Source: Amoeboaphelidium occidentale (Eukaryota). From it: DNA of 35,158 nt. A program made the translations under genes and the position numbers. Of this stretch, positions 30,769-35,158 are shown piece after piece (the stretch's first letter is position 1; the number at the start of each line of letters is the position of its first letter). The notes beneath the pieces are model-generated. The model did not search any database. It worked only from the letters and a program-made list of their open reading frames with translations, and was not told the origin of the DNA. The stretch spans positions 1 to 35,158 of the forward strand of contig JALGPX010000121.1 in assembly GCA_023515795.1 (NCBI GenBank), in the 5' to 3' direction.

Positions 30769-33057
30769 TTACAGTTTTTGCTGCTCCAAAGTTCTTTTGA
30801 TGCAATGCACAATGTCTCCTGGTTCCAACTCGTCTGAGGAACCGTTGAATCCTACTCCACATTCCATTCCTTTTGTAACATATTTTACAACATTCTTATG
30901 ATGACGTAAAGATTTTAAAGATCCTTCGAACTTAACCTTGCCGCCGTTGAGAACCTGATAAATGATGCTGGTATTGCCTGATGCGGTTAACTCTTGAGAA
31001 GCTTCTTTAAATAGGGTCCCATCAGTAACTCGGCATCCACAAATAGTATCTTTTCCATTATTGATTTGGAATAATTGCAGTATTTCAGCTTTGCCAATAA
31101 CTTCGTCGACTTGTTTAGGTGTCACAAAGCCGGAAGCAAGAGATTTAAATTGATCCAACAGTTTGTAAATAATGTTTTCATTCAGAAATGATACTCCTGC
31201 TTGTTTTAAAGAGTCCGTAATTTGTTTGTCCGGCGGTGGTTGGTTGAAAGATATAAGTAATGTACTCTTTTTAACATTTTTTGAATTGCTGGTTGTCTTT
31301 TTTACAGCAGCTAGCAAATCAACATCAGACGGAGTAACTTGACCTACGGAACAATGGAGTAGTTTGATATGTATACTTTCATTGGTTTCTTTTATGCACT
31401 TGGCCTCAATATTCTTTAGTGCATGCCAAATAGCTTCAACAGAACCTTTGACGTCACCTTTTAAAATAACATTAATCTCGCTTGATTTTGGCTCATCTGT
31501 AGATTTATCAGTCCCATCTGCAGAAGTTTGCTCATTCTGCTCTCTTTTCATCTGGATTATATCTTTTTCCAGAGCTGCTATTTCTTTGATATACTTCAGG
31601 TAAACATGTCTTGTGCCCTTTAGTGATGGAAGCTTTCCCTTTTTCTTCTCAAACTCTTCAATTTTTCGTTCAAGAGAATTGGATTCAACGATTCTTTTCT
31701 TTCCTATTGCGGCCAAGTCTTCACTGGCCTTCTCTTGTTTTATCACATCTTCGTAATGAGTTAAATACCTTTTAGCTAGGCTCTCATTTTCCACTTGAAC
31801 ACCTTCATCGCCGCAATTGGGAACTGAAGACCAGTATCCAATAATTTCGCAAGGCGTTGCTGGAGCCGCTTCTTTCAATTCTTGGCCGTTATCATCAAAA
31901 AGTTTCCTCACTTTACAATAAACTTTTCCGGAATCAAAAACTAACACAGACCCTGGTTTCAAGGTTCCTGCTTGGATCAGTACTGAAGACAGAATACCTT
32001 TTCCCTTATCCACTTTCGCTTCTATGACAGTAGCTTCACAAGGCCCTGCTGCATCTTGCTTCAAATCCATCATATCAGATTGCAGTAAAATACATTCTTC
32101 AAGCATATCTAATCCAGTTCCCTTAATTGCGCTTATTTCAACACACTGAACATCTCCTCCAAAATCCTCAGGGTGAATCTCATAATCTAATAGCTGTCTT
32201 TTAACTTTTTCGGGATTAGCGCCTATTTTATCGCATTTAGTAATTGCAACCAGAATAGGAACTTCTGCTGCTTTCGCGTGATTTATCGCTTCGACTGTTT
32301 GAGGCATGACGCCATCATCTGCCGCTACGACAAGGATAACTAAATCCGTAACTTTTACTCCTCTGGCCCTCATTGCAGTGAATGCAGCATGACCAGGAGT
32401 ATCCAAAAATGTAATTCTCCTGCTAGAGGGAAGTAAAACAGAAAATGCACCAATATGCTGTGTAATTCCACCGGCTTCACTTTTTGCCACGGACGTCTTT
32501 CTAAGAGCATCAAGTAATGAGGTCTTTCCATGATCAACGTGCCCCACAACGGTAACAACAGGAGGCCGTGACGGCAAGGTTGCCAAGAGTTCTTTTGAAG
32601 GCGGCGGTCTTTTCTTCGGCCCTAAAGTGCTTAAATCGACCTTCTCTTCCTGAGGCGAGAACCCAAATTCCATGGCCAATAATCCACTGATATCATTATC
32701 TAATTCCTGAGACTCTTTGTTAATCGCATAACCCAATGCTTTGAAAGATTTATGCCGTAGATCTTGATATTTGATATTTAAAAGTCGTGCCAATTCTACA
32801 GCAGGTAGCGTCTTTGGAAGCATAATGCTTTTCTTAGGCGTCTCAATAGAGTTCTTCGTACCAGCGTCTTTGGTCTTGCTTTCGTTCTTTGATCGCAAGT
32901 CTCGAACAGATATGTTGTTCTCCAACGCGAGCTTCTTCTTTCCGTTGAAAGCTTTGGTATCTGGTCTGCTCATTGGCCTCTCAGAGGATCTTTTCTTATT
33001 AAGTGCTGCAAAAAGACCATCCGCTTTATAACGTAATATTCTGCATCTGCCGATCAT
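30769..33057 (-). CDS. IFM1: Mitochondrial translation initiation factor IF-2
   Basis: RPPVVTVVGHVDHGKTSLLD, AGGITQHIGAF, FLDTPGHAAF, KGDVKGSVEAI and GMECG. First ATG at 33057 gives a basic presequence. Confidence 0.95.
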   Translation of the reverse strand: MIGRCRILRYKADGLFAALNKKRSSERPMSRPDTKAFNGKKKLALENNISVRDLRSKNESKTKDAGTKNSIETPKKSIMLPKTLPAVELARLLNIKYQDLRHKSFKALGYAINKESQELDNDISGLLAMEFGFSPQEEKVDLSTLGPKKRPPPSKELLATLPSRPPVVTVVGHVDHGKTSLLDALRKTSVAKSEAGGITQHIGAFSVLLPSSRRITFLDTPGHAAFTAMRARGVKVTDLVILVVAADDGVMPQTVEAINHAKAAEVPILVAITKCDKIGANPEKVKRQLLDYEIHPEDFGGDVQCVEISAIKGTGLDMLEECILLQSDMMDLKQDAAGPCEATVIEAKVDKGKGILSSVLIQAGTLKPGSVLVFDSGKVYCKVRKLFDDNGQELKEAAPATPCEIIGYWSSVPNCGDEGVQVENESLAKRYLTHYEDVIKQEKASEDLAAIGKKRIVESNSLERKIEEFEKKKGKLPSLKGTRHVYLKYIKEIAALEKDIIQMKREQNEQTSADGTDKSTDEPKSSEINVILKGDVKGSVEAIWHALKNIEAKCIKETNESIHIKLLHCSVGQVTPSDVDLLAAVKKTTSNSKNVKKSTLLISFNQPPPDKQITDSLKQAGVSFLNENIIYKLLDQFKSLASGFVTPKQVDEVIGKAEILQLFQINNGKDTICGCRVTDGTLFKEASQELTASGNTSIIYQVLNGGKVKFEGSLKSLRHHKNVVKYVTKGMECGVGFNGSSDELEPGDIVHCIKRTLEQQKL

Positions 33058-33092
33058 AGTTGCACAAAGATTCTCGAAAGACAACAGTGAGT

Positions 33093-35048
33093 TTATTGAA
33101 TTAATTCGTTTACCGCGTTAGTGTCTAAATCGAGATAGTCTGATATTATGTTCTTAATGTCAGTATTTTCGTGATTACCTCGGATTCTAACATTCTGATT
33201 TGTTTGACCAGGCCATTGCTCATATCCTGTTCCATCTAACCACCACTTGTCGCTTGAGAGATTTAAGGAAAGGGTATCATTAAAGCTTTTCTTAGACAAG
33301 GGGAAATCCATAATAGAGACATTTTTAAGGAAGAGGTTGTTGCCGCCGTAAACATACAATGGAACATCTGTACCAGAATGACCCTTTGTGGCCCATCCTA
33401 CTTCTGCATTTTTGCTAGTTAATTCAGACAATAGATAAATCAACTCTTGAATATTTCGAGTCTTGACGAGCTCAATTACTTTATCGAAATTAGAGACACT
33501 CAAATAATAAGAATTTGGAAACAATTGTTCTGGATAAGCTTTCTGAAATTGCTCGGCAACCCCAGTATCTTTCAAAGGAGCTTCTTCCGAATCGAACCAA
33601 GGAACAACATCCAAACCTTGTTCTTTCATATTTTCTCGAAAAGCATTTTTTAGGCTTGCCCTCCGCTCGGTTTCAGACAAGGATAAATTCTTTTGTAGCT
33701 CCGCTAAATGATTGAATAGAATTGGTGCAAATATTTCACTTGAATGACTAACATTCTTCAAAGATAAAGGTTTCCATTGGTATACCGGGTAGGCCTCTGT
33801 TATTTGCTGCGCAACACTAAGACCGCCTGTTTCATGATCACTGACCGAAATTAGTAAAGTACCAGGATGAGTATCAACATATCTCTGAGCAACATGCACT
33901 GCTTCATTGTATGCAATAATATCATGAATATGTGTAGCTGGGTCATTACTATGGCCAGCCATGTCAATTCTCGATCCTTCAACCATAAGAAAGAAGCCCT
34001 TTGATTCTTTTGAGTTTAGAACATTCCTATCAAGAATCTTCAACGCTTTTATAGTCATTTCAGCCAGAGATGGTTCTAATTGTGGATCTCTATCGATTTC
34101 ATAAGACATGTGACTTCTGGTAAACAATCCCACCAAAGGCAAAGTAAGATTATCTTGTAAATTGTCGAAATCACTTCTACTGAATATGCTTTTCCAGCCT
34201 AAATCTTTCGCTTTAGATAGCAAGTCAACATCATCCGGTCTACAGCTTCCTTGTTGCTGTTTGGGTTTAAAATAGCAAAGTCCTCCTCCAAACATCAAAT
34301 CAACACTTCGATTCAACTTTCCGTAACCATGAATTTGTTGGAATGCAATATCAGCCTCAGAAGACCTCAATTCTACATGAGAAGAGAATGCGGCAGGAGT
34401 TGCATGTGTTATCCGAGATGTAGCGACTAAGCCTGTCTTGTAACCTTTCATGTGTTCACTTTCCATAATTGTTCCGCATGGCACCTTTTTATCATCAACA
34501 CCAACAGCTGTATTGTAAGTTTTAATACCACAAGCAAAAGCAGTTGCGCCAGCAGCTGAATCCGTAACAAGAGAAGAAGAAGATCTAGTGCGTGTTGAAC
34601 CGACCAAGATGTGATCTAACGGAAGTTGATACGACACAGGCAGCCCATTAACTTCCTTAAAAAATGTCCGTGCCATAGTTTGAGAAGCAATACCAAATCC
34701 ATCTGATATCATTAAAATTACGCTTTTAACAGGAACATGCTGATTTAACTTCAAAGAACGTTCAGGGTTTGTATATTTTACAGCTCCAGAAACGATCAGG
34801 ATGAAAACCAGAAGGGCCAAGATGCATGTAGAAACAGTTATGTAAATCGCTCGCTTCTGCTTAACTTCTGGATCTTCATCCCTGGACATTATCTCATGAA
34901 TTCCTGGGCTTTCTATTTCTATGGCGTGCATCAAATCATCATCCAACTCTTCCCCCACAAATGAACCCTTCGAAGCACCCTCTTCTTTTAAAGTATCCCC
35001 GATTTTCAAAAGCGGTATACCAGGCGAACTGCTGGAACGAGAAGCCAT
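33093..35048 (-). CDS. PHO8: Vacuolar-type alkaline phosphatase (type II membrane)
   Basis: N-terminal TM, VILMISDGFG, VTDSAAGATAF, ITHATPAAF, MVEGSRIDMAGHSND, SDHETGG and GHSGTDV. Confidence 0.95.
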   Translation of the reverse strand: MASRSSSSPGIPLLKIGDTLKEEGASKGSFVGEELDDDLMHAIEIESPGIHEIMSRDEDPEVKQKRAIYITVSTCILALLVFILIVSGAVKYTNPERSLKLNQHVPVKSVILMISDGFGIASQTMARTFFKEVNGLPVSYQLPLDHILVGSTRTRSSSSLVTDSAAGATAFACGIKTYNTAVGVDDKKVPCGTIMESEHMKGYKTGLVATSRITHATPAAFSSHVELRSSEADIAFQQIHGYGKLNRSVDLMFGGGLCYFKPKQQQGSCRPDDVDLLSKAKDLGWKSIFSRSDFDNLQDNLTLPLVGLFTRSHMSYEIDRDPQLEPSLAEMTIKALKILDRNVLNSKESKGFFLMVEGSRIDMAGHSNDPATHIHDIIAYNEAVHVAQRYVDTHPGTLLISVSDHETGGLSVAQQITEAYPVYQWKPLSLKNVSHSSEIFAPILFNHLAELQKNLSLSETERRASLKNAFRENMKEQGLDVVPWFDSEEAPLKDTGVAEQFQKAYPEQLFPNSYYLSVSNFDKVIELVKTRNIQELIYLLSELTSKNAEVGWATKGHSGTDVPLYVYGGNNLFLKNVSIMDFPLSKKSFNDTLSLNLSSDKWWLDGTGYEQWPGQTNQNVRIRGNHENTDIKNIISDYLDLDTNAVNELIQ

Positions 35049-35158
35049 AGTAGCGTTGCGACAGAAGCGATAATCTTTTAATTACAGTATTTTCCTGAAA
35101 GGAAGCAACGCGATCAAAACAAAATAAAAAATTACCTTGATCAATTCCAAGAAAAACA

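Overview
Eukaryotic, very gene-dense DNA. It holds about 21 genes with 13 tiny GT-AG introns of 31-48 nt, uses the standard code (TAA/TAG/TGA all act as stops), and has stop-to-start gaps as short as 28-35 nt. Gene content points to an early-diverging fungus or fungal relative with a working mitochondrial genome, at aphelid/rozellid/chytrid grade (inference). The evidence is fungal-type PP1, Vma16, Pho8, Pol gamma and mito IF2 alongside PEN-2, a GATAD1-like gene and a GT47. The left end carries an apparently complete Crypton (tyrosine-recombinase DNA transposon) whose termini I could locate (ACCCTAT direct repeats at 39-45 and 2434-2440). Next come three intronless secreted-protein genes (a signal peptide + F-box + LRR protein and two acidic NLS-bearing proteins) and a tandem LURP1/tubby-C pair. 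The middle is housekeeping. At 22.5-26.9 kb are two related secreted block-polyampholyte proteins. Seven N-joins flanked by near-identical duplications show a heterozygous genome whose haplotypes were concatenated in the assembly.
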